A stretch of 49,804 nucleotides of DNA, from IMG/VR virus record IMGVR_UViG_3300009285_000012; one strand, given 5' to 3'. This stretch comes from a virus. The notes under the pieces are model-generated. The model saw only the letters and a list, made by a program, of their open reading frames with translations, was not told where the DNA came from and did not search any database. Below are positions 33,210-40,938 of this stretch, piece by piece. The translations under genes and the position numbers were made by a program. How positions within the stretch are numbered: position 1 is the first letter of the stretch; each line of letters opens with the position of its first letter.

Positions 33210-36131
33210 ATGGCACTTTCCTGGGATTCCTTTGACACTCCTGATATAGCAATAGCTCCCTCTGCAGCTCCTACATACTCTAAGCCAGAAGACTACTATT
33301 CTTTGATTGATGAAGTAGCTGGGGTAGAGGGAGTTGATCCACTAGTTCTTAGGAGTATGGTAGATGTAGAGAGTTCCTACAATCCTAAGGCCATTTCCTC
33401 AAGAGGTGCTCAAGGTCTGCTTCAGCTAATGCCAGGGACTGCTAAGGAGATGGGAGTGGTAGATCCTTTCGATCCGAGGCAGAATCTAACTGGAGGAGCT
33501 AAATATCTAAAGCAACAACTGACTGCCCAGGGTGGAGACCTTAGTAAAGCATTGGCTGCTTATAATTGGGGTCCAGGGAATTTGGCCACGGGTGGAGAGT
33601 TGCCTCAGGAGACTTTAAGTTACATTAACAAGATTATGGCCCGGAGTGGTGGGGGGGATGCTTCATTAATTAATGATACAAAGCAACCTCTCTCTAGTGA
33701 TCAATCCTTATCTTGGAAAGATACTGCTAAGCTTGGCTGGGATGATTTTGAATCTCAGGCCTCTCCTAGCACACTTTCTAAAGTGCTTGGGGTCATTGGA
33801 GATGCTGGGGATGTTACTGGGGGGACTCTTGCTGATGCAGTCAACATACAGGATCAGTTGACTCCAGCCATTAAAGAGTCATTCTTAGAGAGTGCTACTC
33901 CTACTAGCCCTATGGGAGAACTTCCCCTAGGTTTAGGTAAGGGTCCAAGCGGTGTGACTGGTGCTGCCCTCGACGTAGCTTATGGAGTTCCAGAAGCAGC
34001 AGCTTCTCTTGCATCAGGAGTAGGATCTTTTATCGGAGGCCAGACTGCAGGACTCAAAGATATTCCCCTAACTGAAGAGGGGATGGCCAGAGCTTTTGAA
34101 ACAGCTGAGGCTGTGAGCAAAGTTGGAACTTATCAGCCGAAGACTGCTACTGGACAACTCTTGATGAAACCTATTGAGTTGACCTTTGGCACCCTCCTCG
34201 GTACAGTTGATAAGATGGCAAGGGCCACAGCCCCTGAGGGGGCCTCTCCTGAGGCATTGGATGATCGTAGTAAAGCGTGGCAGTATGTTACTAATTCTCT
34301 CCTCTTAGGGGGACCTCTTGCAGTTAAAGGTGCTAAGAGTATTCGTCTAACTCCCACAGAGGCTAAGGCTAAATTAACTCCTAAGATTGTAGAGGAGGCT
34401 AAGGCCCAGGTTATGGCTGATCCTACTACTCCTCCTACAGTCAAGGAGCAAGTAAAAGATGTCACTGCAGAAGGGTTGGCTCAGATTATTGGTCAGATAG
34501 ATAGGGCTAGAGCTAATGCAGCTGTGGCCAAGAAAGGCCTAGTGGCTAAGTTCCCTGAGAATCAGGATATAGTTACAGGCCTTCTAGTAGAGGCTGAGCT
34601 TAGGGAGGGTAAGGGAAAGGCCCAGTATAATAAGGTGGCCAAGATTGTTGCTGAGCATCCGGAGTCTGTAGAGACTCTTGATTTGGCAGCTACTAAGGGG
34701 ATTGGTCCGAAGACTAAGTCTAAAATTGAGGAGTTGATTAAGCAGAAAAAGGACTTAAAGGAGAAACTACTTCAGCCTATTAAATCTTCTATTCCTGTAG
34801 ATAGGACTCAGTATTCAGGCCCGACAGTTATTGGAAAGACTGCTGAACCTTCATCAGTTACACCACCTAAAGAGCCTATTAAAACTAGTGGAGATGTAGA
34901 TCCTTACAAGACTGGAGAACTTCGCCCGAGTGAAGTTAATGCTCTAGACCTTCCCCCATCTCCACCTCTGCCTGGGCATGTAAAAATAGGAGAAGATCTC
35001 TATCCTAATGTTAAGGCTTCAGGACCTACAGTTATTGGAGAGTTAGGAAAGGCTCCTGAATCTCTATCACCAGTGGCTACTGAGACTCCTAAGGCTGAAA
35101 CAAAGAGCACTGATGTGCTGACTCCTTCAGAGCCAATAGAACTTCCTACATTTGACAGTATTCAGATTGCTAAAGAGGAGGGGTACTCATTCTCAAGTAA
35201 GAGAACTTTCGTCACCTTGGAGGATGCCCAAGCCTCAGCAGAAAAGAGAGGTCCTGGACATGAGGTGATTCAGGTGGGAGAGAGATTCAGGGTGGGGAAG
35301 TTTACTACTACTGAGATCAGAGAGTTTTCTACACTGGAGGCAGTTAAGGCTGAGTTGGAAGTAGGGTCTGAGATTAGTAGGGATCAGGCCCTGGCTGATG
35401 AGGGCGGGAAGTTAGGTAAGATTGAGTTTGGAGTTGCTAAGGTTGGGGATAAGTATTATAGAACTACTTCCAAAATTGAAAGGCCTAATGAGTTGGCTGA
35501 TGTGGCTCAGTTGGAGAGGGGAGAGAAGGAGGCTGCAAAGCAGAAGGCTATTGATGAGTTGTTTGAAGAAGAGGGATTGTCTATTGAGGAGAAGGTAATT
35601 CTGGAGGGGATGGAGAAGGAATTTGGGCGGTTAGATGGGGATGCCAGGTCTGGGATTAGTGAAGCTGTGAGGAAGGATAAGGAAGTTCAATCTTCTGGGC
35701 CTGCAGTGAGTAGTGCCGAAGCTGCTAAGAAGTTCTTAGAGTGGAGAGATTCCTATGTTAATTTAATTAACAAAGCAAAGCCTTCCAAGAAAGGTAAGAC
35801 TAAGAAGCCTGTCCCCAAAGAAACACTACCAATCCTGAATGATGAATTCGCTACATTCAAGACTCTGGAGGATGCCCAGAAGTTTAAGGAATCCACTGGG
35901 AAGTCAGGCGAGATTATCCAAGACCCTCTGACAAAACAATTTATGATTGAGCCAGAGCTTGATCTTCCTATGGATAAGATAGACTTCTATGATGAAGCAG
36001 TGAGAGATTATGAGGGGGAGAGTAGGAGTGGGAGGTTTGATGAGGAGGGTGTAGATTATGGTGAGAGGTCTTCGGAGAATGGGATTATGAGGGGGAGAGT
36101 AGGAGTGGGAGGTTTGATGAGGAGGGTGTAG
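33210..36131 (+). CDS. internal virion/ejection protein with N-terminal lytic transglycosylase (SLT) domain, apparently truncated by the 77-nt duplication
   Basis: VESSYNPKAISSRGAQGLLQLMPGTAKEMG...GGAKYL...AAYNWGPGN. Internal repeats (SGPTVIG x2, F.TLEDAQ x2). Carries two motif copies. Confidence 0.85.
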   Translation: MALSWDSFDTPDIAIAPSAAPTYSKPEDYYSLIDEVAGVEGVDPLVLRSMVDVESSYNPKAISSRGAQGLLQLMPGTAKEMGVVDPFDPRQNLTGGAKYLKQQLTAQGGDLSKALAAYNWGPGNLATGGELPQETLSYINKIMARSGGGDASLINDTKQPLSSDQSLSWKDTAKLGWDDFESQASPSTLSKVLGVIGDAGDVTGGTLADAVNIQDQLTPAIKESFLESATPTSPMGELPLGLGKGPSGVTGAALDVAYGVPEAAASLASGVGSFIGGQTAGLKDIPLTEEGMARAFETAEAVSKVGTYQPKTATGQLLMKPIELTFGTLLGTVDKMARATAPEGASPEALDDRSKAWQYVTNSLLLGGPLAVKGAKSIRLTPTEAKAKLTPKIVEEAKAQVMADPTTPPTVKEQVKDVTAEGLAQIIGQIDRARANAAVAKKGLVAKFPENQDIVTGLLVEAELREGKGKAQYNKVAKIVAEHPESVETLDLAATKGIGPKTKSKIEELIKQKKDLKEKLLQPIKSSIPVDRTQYSGPTVIGKTAEPSSVTPPKEPIKTSGDVDPYKTGELRPSEVNALDLPPSPPLPGHVKIGEDLYPNVKASGPTVIGELGKAPESLSPVATETPKAETKSTDVLTPSEPIELPTFDSIQIAKEEGYSFSSKRTFVTLEDAQASAEKRGPGHEVIQVGERFRVGKFTTTEIREFSTLEAVKAELEVGSEISRDQALADEGGKLGKIEFGVAKVGDKYYRTTSKIERPNELADVAQLERGEKEAAKQKAIDELFEEEGLSIEEKVILEGMEKEFGRLDGDARSGISEAVRKDKEVQSSGPAVSSAEAAKKFLEWRDSYVNLINKAKPSKKGKTKKPVPKETLPILNDEFATFKTLEDAQKFKESTGKSGEIIQDPLTKQFMIEPELDLPMDKIDFYDEAVRDYEGESRSGRFDEEGVDYGERSSENGIMRGRVGVGGLMRRV
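33659..33685. repeat. Palindromic-motif copy inside CDS 33210..36131 (degenerate arms)
   Basis: TGCTTCATTAATTAATGATACAAAGCA, encoding DASLINDTKQ. Confidence 0.6.
35751..35777. repeat. Palindromic-motif copy inside CDS 33210..36131 (B+B type)
   Basis: TCCTATGTTAATTTAATTAACAAAGCA, encoding SYVNLINKA. Confidence 0.6.
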
Positions 36132-36159
36132 ATTATGGTGAGAGGTCTTCGGAGAATGG
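36006..36159 (+). repeat. Exact tandem duplication, 2 x 77 nt
   Basis: 36006..36082 equals 36083..36159 (GATTATGAGGGGGAGAGTAGG...CGGAGAATGG). 77 is not a multiple of 3, so the reading frame shifts. Confidence 0.95.
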
Positions 36160-36175
36160 TAGAAATCTTTGGGAC

Positions 36176-38494
36176 TTGATGAATAATGAGAGGGGGTCCA
36201 TAGATGTCACAGGGCTTCGTGGGACGATGGACTCCATTGAGTATATAGTCAGGGCTGCTAAGAAAGCAGGTAAGACTGTTGATCAGTGGCTGGATATGCT
36301 TGGAGTAGATCCTGCTAACATAGCACTCTTCAAGGGAAGCTTGGCTAACTTGGGCCAGTTAAAACAGGAGATAAGAGATAAGGATCCGTTAGGATCTAAG
36401 ATCTTAATGCCTGAAGGTAAGACGGTTACTCAGAGGTTTCATCGTAATAAGGCAGGTAAGGTAGAGTGGTCTACTCCTCCAATTACAGAGAGTATGGCCA
36501 ATGCTATATTCAATGCAGACAGGACTAAGCAGTGGGGAAAGGATCTAGTTAGAATTGATGAGAAGGGGAATGTCAGGGTAGAGCATACTACCGCTTGGTT
36601 TGATAGGGCGATGCAAGCTACAGAGACTAAGATTAATGCATTCCATGGACCTCTTAAGGATCTTTATAGGACTTGGAGGGATGCCTCTAAGTTGGCCATA
36701 GATGATGCTCTTGAGGTAGAGAAGTGGGCCAAATCCTTAAGGGATCAAATTGCTCCTGAGAGGAGAGATGCAGTCTTTGTAGCAGCATGGAAAGATATGA
36801 AGGGAGCTGAGGAGGCTTTTAAGGCTATGGGGATTGATACTATTGAGGCATTAACTCCCCAGGAAACTGCTATAGTTAAACAGTTGAAAGATTTCACCAG
36901 AGATTTTAGACTTAGATCTAACTACACTAGGACTCATACAGGTCAGAAGGCCATTCCTAAGTTGCTTGACTTGAATGGTGATGAGAACTATCTGCCTATG
37001 TTTAGGAAGTTGAATGTTCTTAAGGAGATGGGAGTTACTGAAGGGATGGTGATCTCAGATAATGTCAAACTTGGGGAGTTGAGTAAGACCTTCACAGGAA
37101 TGTTCAATCCTCATGCTAAGAAACGGCATGCTGCAGATATTCCCATAGAACTTGATCCATTCGAGGCAGTGATTAAGTATGCTAGGACAGGATTTAGGGA
37201 GATTCACATCAGCCCAGTTGCAGCCTTAGCAAAGGAGCTAGCAAATTCTAGAATTCCACATCCTACTAAGCTGACTAAGAAGGGGACTCAGGCCAGGGTT
37301 AAACTGAGTGATTGGAATCCCTCGCTGAGTAATATGCTTAGTAGATGGTCTGACTCAATTGTGGGGAAGGATCCCTCTGCTACAGTTCTTGCTAACAGCA
37401 ATCCCTTTATATATAAGGGTCAACAGTTTATTACTAAGAACTTAGTGGTGGCAGCAATTGGGGGGAGTATTAGGACCTTTGCTGTGCAGCCTTCATCATA
37501 TATGATTCAAGTCCCTACTCTATTAGATATGAGAGCTACTACTTATGGCCTCTTCAAACTTATGAGTGAGAGACCCTTTAAGGGAGATGCAACTCGTGCT
37601 CATCAAACGTCCTCTGTATTGACAATTAGATCACCTGAGTTGGTTTATTCTGAGATTAGTCAGGCTCTCCAGGATGGGCTGTTCAAAGGGGGGCAGAAGA
37701 TTGCTGCTGATATTTCTCTTAAGCCTATGAAGTGGATGGATTCTCTGGTGGCTGAGGCCACGTGGAATGCTGGCTATGAATATGGGCAGAGGGTGTTGAA
37801 GTTGAAGGGGGAAGATTTAGTTCACTTTGCAGATGATGCTGTAGAGAGGACTCAAGGTCTAGGGATTAAAGGTGCAGTTAGTGATATTCAGACTGGGACT
37901 TATACTAAGTGGCTCACCCTGCTTCAAACGTTCGGAATTAATGACTGGAATTTTATTATTAGAGATGTCATGGGAGTTAAGAATGCTGACGTGAGTAATA
38001 AGCAAGTGTTAGGAAGGGCAGTTAAGTATGTTGTTACTACGGTCCTTACAGGGCAACTCTATAAAGCTATAGGGTATGAGAATGTTGTACCTGATCCTAT
38101 TGGAGAATATCTGAAAGCTAAAGATGAAGGTAAGGGAGATGTTAGGGCAGTAGCTATTGCTGCTGGTGAGCTGCTTGAGAAGGTCCCAATAGTTGGAGGG
38201 AGTGCTAAGTTTGGGTCTAACCTTGGAGGGATGGTAGGGGAGTGGGGAGACCTACTGCCAGAGGCCGTTGGAAAGTTCTCAGAATCTCTTGATTGGGATA
38301 AGCTAACTTCTAGAGCCAGAAGGAAGAATATGATGTTGATTGGGAAAGCTATTGGATACACGATGGGGATTCCCTTCACTAACCAGATTATGAAGTCAAT
38401 TAATGCTGCATATAATGGAGGGAATCCCTATGATGTGATTATGGGAGTTTATGTGGAGTATAAGAATAAGGGAGGTGGGGTTCCCTCCCTTTAG
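36176..38494 (+). CDS. internal virion/ejection protein, probable C-terminal part of the 33210 ORF
   Basis: Its frame is open from 36065 and re-encodes DYEGESRSGRFDEEGVDYGERSSENG from repeat copy 2. Removing one repeat copy joins it in frame to 33210..36131. Confidence 0.6.
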   Translation: MMNNERGSIDVTGLRGTMDSIEYIVRAAKKAGKTVDQWLDMLGVDPANIALFKGSLANLGQLKQEIRDKDPLGSKILMPEGKTVTQRFHRNKAGKVEWSTPPITESMANAIFNADRTKQWGKDLVRIDEKGNVRVEHTTAWFDRAMQATETKINAFHGPLKDLYRTWRDASKLAIDDALEVEKWAKSLRDQIAPERRDAVFVAAWKDMKGAEEAFKAMGIDTIEALTPQETAIVKQLKDFTRDFRLRSNYTRTHTGQKAIPKLLDLNGDENYLPMFRKLNVLKEMGVTEGMVISDNVKLGELSKTFTGMFNPHAKKRHAADIPIELDPFEAVIKYARTGFREIHISPVAALAKELANSRIPHPTKLTKKGTQARVKLSDWNPSLSNMLSRWSDSIVGKDPSATVLANSNPFIYKGQQFITKNLVVAAIGGSIRTFAVQPSSYMIQVPTLLDMRATTYGLFKLMSERPFKGDATRAHQTSSVLTIRSPELVYSEISQALQDGLFKGGQKIAADISLKPMKWMDSLVAEATWNAGYEYGQRVLKLKGEDLVHFADDAVERTQGLGIKGAVSDIQTGTYTKWLTLLQTFGINDWNFIIRDVMGVKNADVSNKQVLGRAVKYVVTTVLTGQLYKAIGYENVVPDPIGEYLKAKDEGKGDVRAVAIAAGELLEKVPIVGGSAKFGSNLGGMVGEWGDLLPEAVGKFSESLDWDKLTSRARRKNMMLIGKAIGYTMGIPFTNQIMKSINAAYNGGNPYDVIMGVYVEYKNKGGGVPSL
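38470..38492. terminator. Hairpin at the convergence point of the two arms (bidirectional terminator candidate)
   Basis: GGGAGG-N8-CCTCCC followed by TTT. Overlaps the last codons of 36176..38494, and 38497..38814 ends 3 nt away on the other strand. Confidence 0.45.
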
Positions 38495-38496
38495 TT

Positions 38497-38814
38497 CTAT
38501 AGTTCAAATAGTCCCTTGATGAAGGTTCTTCTGAGGGAATTGCCATCTGAGAGGCTCTGCAATTTGTGAGACAGTTTTACGCAGTCTTGGAGGAATTGCA
38601 GGGCCTCTTTGTTATCTTTGAGGGACATTCCTAGTTTGAAGCCCTCAAGTTTTTCTGTCCAGATTTTGTGATCACTCATCTCCTCTCCTCCTGAGATATC
38701 ATTCTCCAGGTAGTAGTAGCAGACTTCAGAATTATGATTGAGAATGTCCATCATATCTGAAGAATGAGGTTTATCACACATCAGTAAATGGAGCAGATCT
38801 ACAAGCTGTTTCAT
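38497..38814 (-). CDS. hypothetical protein (105 aa)
   Basis: Last gene of the leftward arm. Confidence 0.5.
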   Translation of the reverse strand: MKQLVDLLHLLMCDKPHSSDMMDILNHNSEVCYYYLENDISGGEEMSDHKIWTEKLEGFKLGMSLKDNKEALQFLQDCVKLSHKLQSLSDGNSLRRTFIKGLFEL

Positions 38815-39092
38815 ATAATCCCCTCCATGCTTAAATATTCATCTAAAAACTTCTTTGCTTTTTCACATCTCTCAAAAGCCTCATCTCTATAATCAGTATA
38901 TTCTATTTTATCAGTATCTAAAACCGCTATAGGATCTGGCTTTAAAATTCTATATACCTTTTCGAGTATTTCTTGAAGTTTATACATCTCTGTATAAGCT
39001 TCTTGTAAATAAGGAAGTGGATTCTCTTTAACTCTTAATTCGTATGAGATTACTAGAGTATGTAACCTAGCCATCTTTTCTAAGTAACTCAT
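38811..39092 (-). CDS. hypothetical protein (93 aa), AT-rich
   Basis: 4-nt overlaps on both sides. Confidence 0.5.
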   Translation of the reverse strand: MSYLEKMARLHTLVISYELRVKENPLPYLQEAYTEMYKLQEILEKVYRILKPDPIAVLDTDKIEYTDYRDEAFERCEKAKKFLDEYLSMEGII

Positions 39093-40288
39093 ATCATACC
39101 CCCTGCACGATGATAGCGGAGAATTGTTTCATTTCCCCTCTCTATCCTATTGACAAAGCCCATGCTCTCCAGAGTTTGGATGATTAGATCCATTACACGA
39201 GCATCAGCGTCATGATAGAATTTACGCTGAAGATCACGGATGGAGATTTCGCCAGCCATCCCTATCTCATTCATCACCTTACTCAGGACTTCAGCATGTT
39301 GAGATTTGCCCATACCTGAGAAGGTCTTAGGCATGTTGATTTCAGTCTGTTCGATGATGTCTATGGAGCGCTGAAGATCCCTCGACGTGACTATCATGTT
39401 ATCCGTGCGACAGGCATTAAGGATGAGGGATAGTTTCATCACGTGAACCACACGGCGCTCACAATAGGGAGCCAGGTGAGGATCATTGAATGGAGGATGT
39501 TTGTCATTCTTATTATAGAATTCTACCCAAAGGTCTATGAAGTCTTTAGAAGCCTTGAACTGCCCTTTGAGGAGATGGATTTCCTCCAAGTCGTGGTAAA
39601 GATCTTCACCAATTACTTCCTCGGAAGCGTTGAGGAAAGGGATGGGGCAGGATTGGAACTTATCAGGTTCATATACGAAGATAATCCTACTTGTTAACCC
39701 TCCTCCGATGGCATCCATACTTAGAGAGGATCGCAGTAAGTCTGGAGTAGTTGCTCCTATCATGTTGACCCAAATACCTACTATGTCATCAGTCCCCTGG
39801 TGTTTAGTACGGTAGGTCCACAAACCCTCTGGACCCCTACCACAGTCAAACCAGTCAGTAAGATCCATCATCAGTTGTTGCTGGTTGTAACCTAGGAAGA
39901 CTACCAATTCAGGGGCAAAGACAGTGAGGGAGGAGTGGAAAGACATGATGCCTGTTTCTGCATCTATCTCAGTAGTTTGGGCCTCCTTGATTGCCCTAAC
40001 CAGAGCTTCCCTAGTTGTGGACTCAGCACTGAGGGGGATTTCAAGACGGGTTAAGAAGTCAGCAGAATAGGACATTGCTGTACCCTTGCGTGCTCTACCT
40101 GCTGGGCCAACTAAGACTATGTACATATTAGGGAAGAATCGTAGTTTGCCCCATCTCATGATGCACTTTCTCTGGAGAGCCGCGGCCACTGTGGAGATGG
40201 CAGTCCAGATGTGATATAGTTTTGGAGGTTCAGAATTGGAAGTGTAGACCATGTAGGAGTCTAACCAGTCTTCAAGCTTACGGCTCAT
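39089..40288 (-). CDS. replication protein, DUF3987/P4-type helicase-like guess (degenerate P-loop)
   Basis: 399 aa. VLVGPAGRARKGTAMS and an IIFVYEPD-type Walker-B-like strand. Sits in the replication module. Family assignment is weak. Confidence 0.35.
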   Translation of the reverse strand: MSRKLEDWLDSYMVYTSNSEPPKLYHIWTAISTVAAALQRKCIMRWGKLRFFPNMYIVLVGPAGRARKGTAMSYSADFLTRLEIPLSAESTTREALVRAIKEAQTTEIDAETGIMSFHSSLTVFAPELVVFLGYNQQQLMMDLTDWFDCGRGPEGLWTYRTKHQGTDDIVGIWVNMIGATTPDLLRSSLSMDAIGGGLTSRIIFVYEPDKFQSCPIPFLNASEEVIGEDLYHDLEEIHLLKGQFKASKDFIDLWVEFYNKNDKHPPFNDPHLAPYCERRVVHVMKLSLILNACRTDNMIVTSRDLQRSIDIIEQTEINMPKTFSGMGKSQHAEVLSKVMNEIGMAGEISIRDLQRKFYHDADARVMDLIIQTLESMGFVNRIERGNETILRYHRAGGMI

Positions 40289-40718
40289 ATAAGACTCCTA
40301 CGTTTTCTACATTTGCCATTCTATACATATCAGCAGCAAGAGTTAGAGAATCTCCCCATCTTTTCCATAATTCTGCTGAAGGCATAGGAGCAACTACTCT
40401 TATAATTCCACACTGAATGATCTTTGCAGCACAGCGAGAGCAAGGAGGGAAGGGTTGAGTGTAGATAGTACATCCTTCAAGAGATTGCTGAGCGAAGAGG
40501 AGAGCATTGTCCTCGGCATGAAGGATCATCTCGTACTTGAGTTCTCTATTGTTGAGATTATCATGAGAGTCGTGAACTCCTCTAGCGAATCCATTAAAAC
40601 CTAGGCTGATGATCCTATTGCCTTTAGTAATAACCGCTCCACATTTGGTTGAGGGATCTTTAGACCAGGTGCTGATTAGAAGGGCCATATCTAGAAATCT
40701 CTTATCCCATTTATTCAT
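40278..40718 (-). CDS. dCMP deaminase
   Basis: Zinc motifs HAEDNAL and PCSRCAAKII. Start ATG 40718 (GGGAG 9 nt upstream). Confidence 0.85.
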   Translation of the reverse strand: MNKWDKRFLDMALLISTWSKDPSTKCGAVITKGNRIISLGFNGFARGVHDSHDNLNNRELKYEMILHAEDNALLFAQQSLEGCTIYTQPFPPCSRCAAKIIQCGIIRVVAPMPSAELWKRWGDSLTLAADMYRMANVENVGVLYEP

Positions 40719-40896
40719 CTTCTTCATCTCCCACAGGGACTGGATTAGATACTTTGAGTTGACCAATCTTACTGAGGAATTCAATCAACTTTGCTTTGGC
40801 CTCGATCATTAGGCAGACTTCCTCTGGGCAATCTGCTTTCCAATCTGTATTATAGATAAGCCAGCGTACAGTTCCAGCTGCTTCTAAAGGTGTCAT
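40711..40896 (-). CDS. hypothetical protein (61 aa)
   Basis: AAGGAG SD. A motif copy lies 14 nt upstream. Confidence 0.5.
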   Translation of the reverse strand: MTPLEAAGTVRWLIYNTDWKADCPEEVCLMIEAKAKLIEFLSKIGQLKVSNPVPVGDEEDE

Positions 40897-40910
40897 TAGA
40901 AATCTCCTTA

Positions 40911-40937
40911 TTGCTTTGTTAATTTATGATACATAGC
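40911..40937. promoter_or_regulatory. Palindromic-motif copy abutting the PolA stop codon
   Basis: TTGCTTTGTTAATTTATGATACATAGC. 40910..40940 is identical to 5824..5854. Confidence 0.85.
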
Positions 40938-40938
40938 A

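Noticed and set aside
26187-38494. A hidden virion or single-subunit RNA polymerase in the large ORFs (896, 973 and 772 aa) that could read the motif as a promoter
   Set aside because: I could not find T7-like motifs (DxSCSG, RxxxK...YG, HDS) or a two-barrel DxDGD motif by eye. These ORFs show discoidin, SLT and low-complexity features instead. The possibility is not excluded without profile searches.
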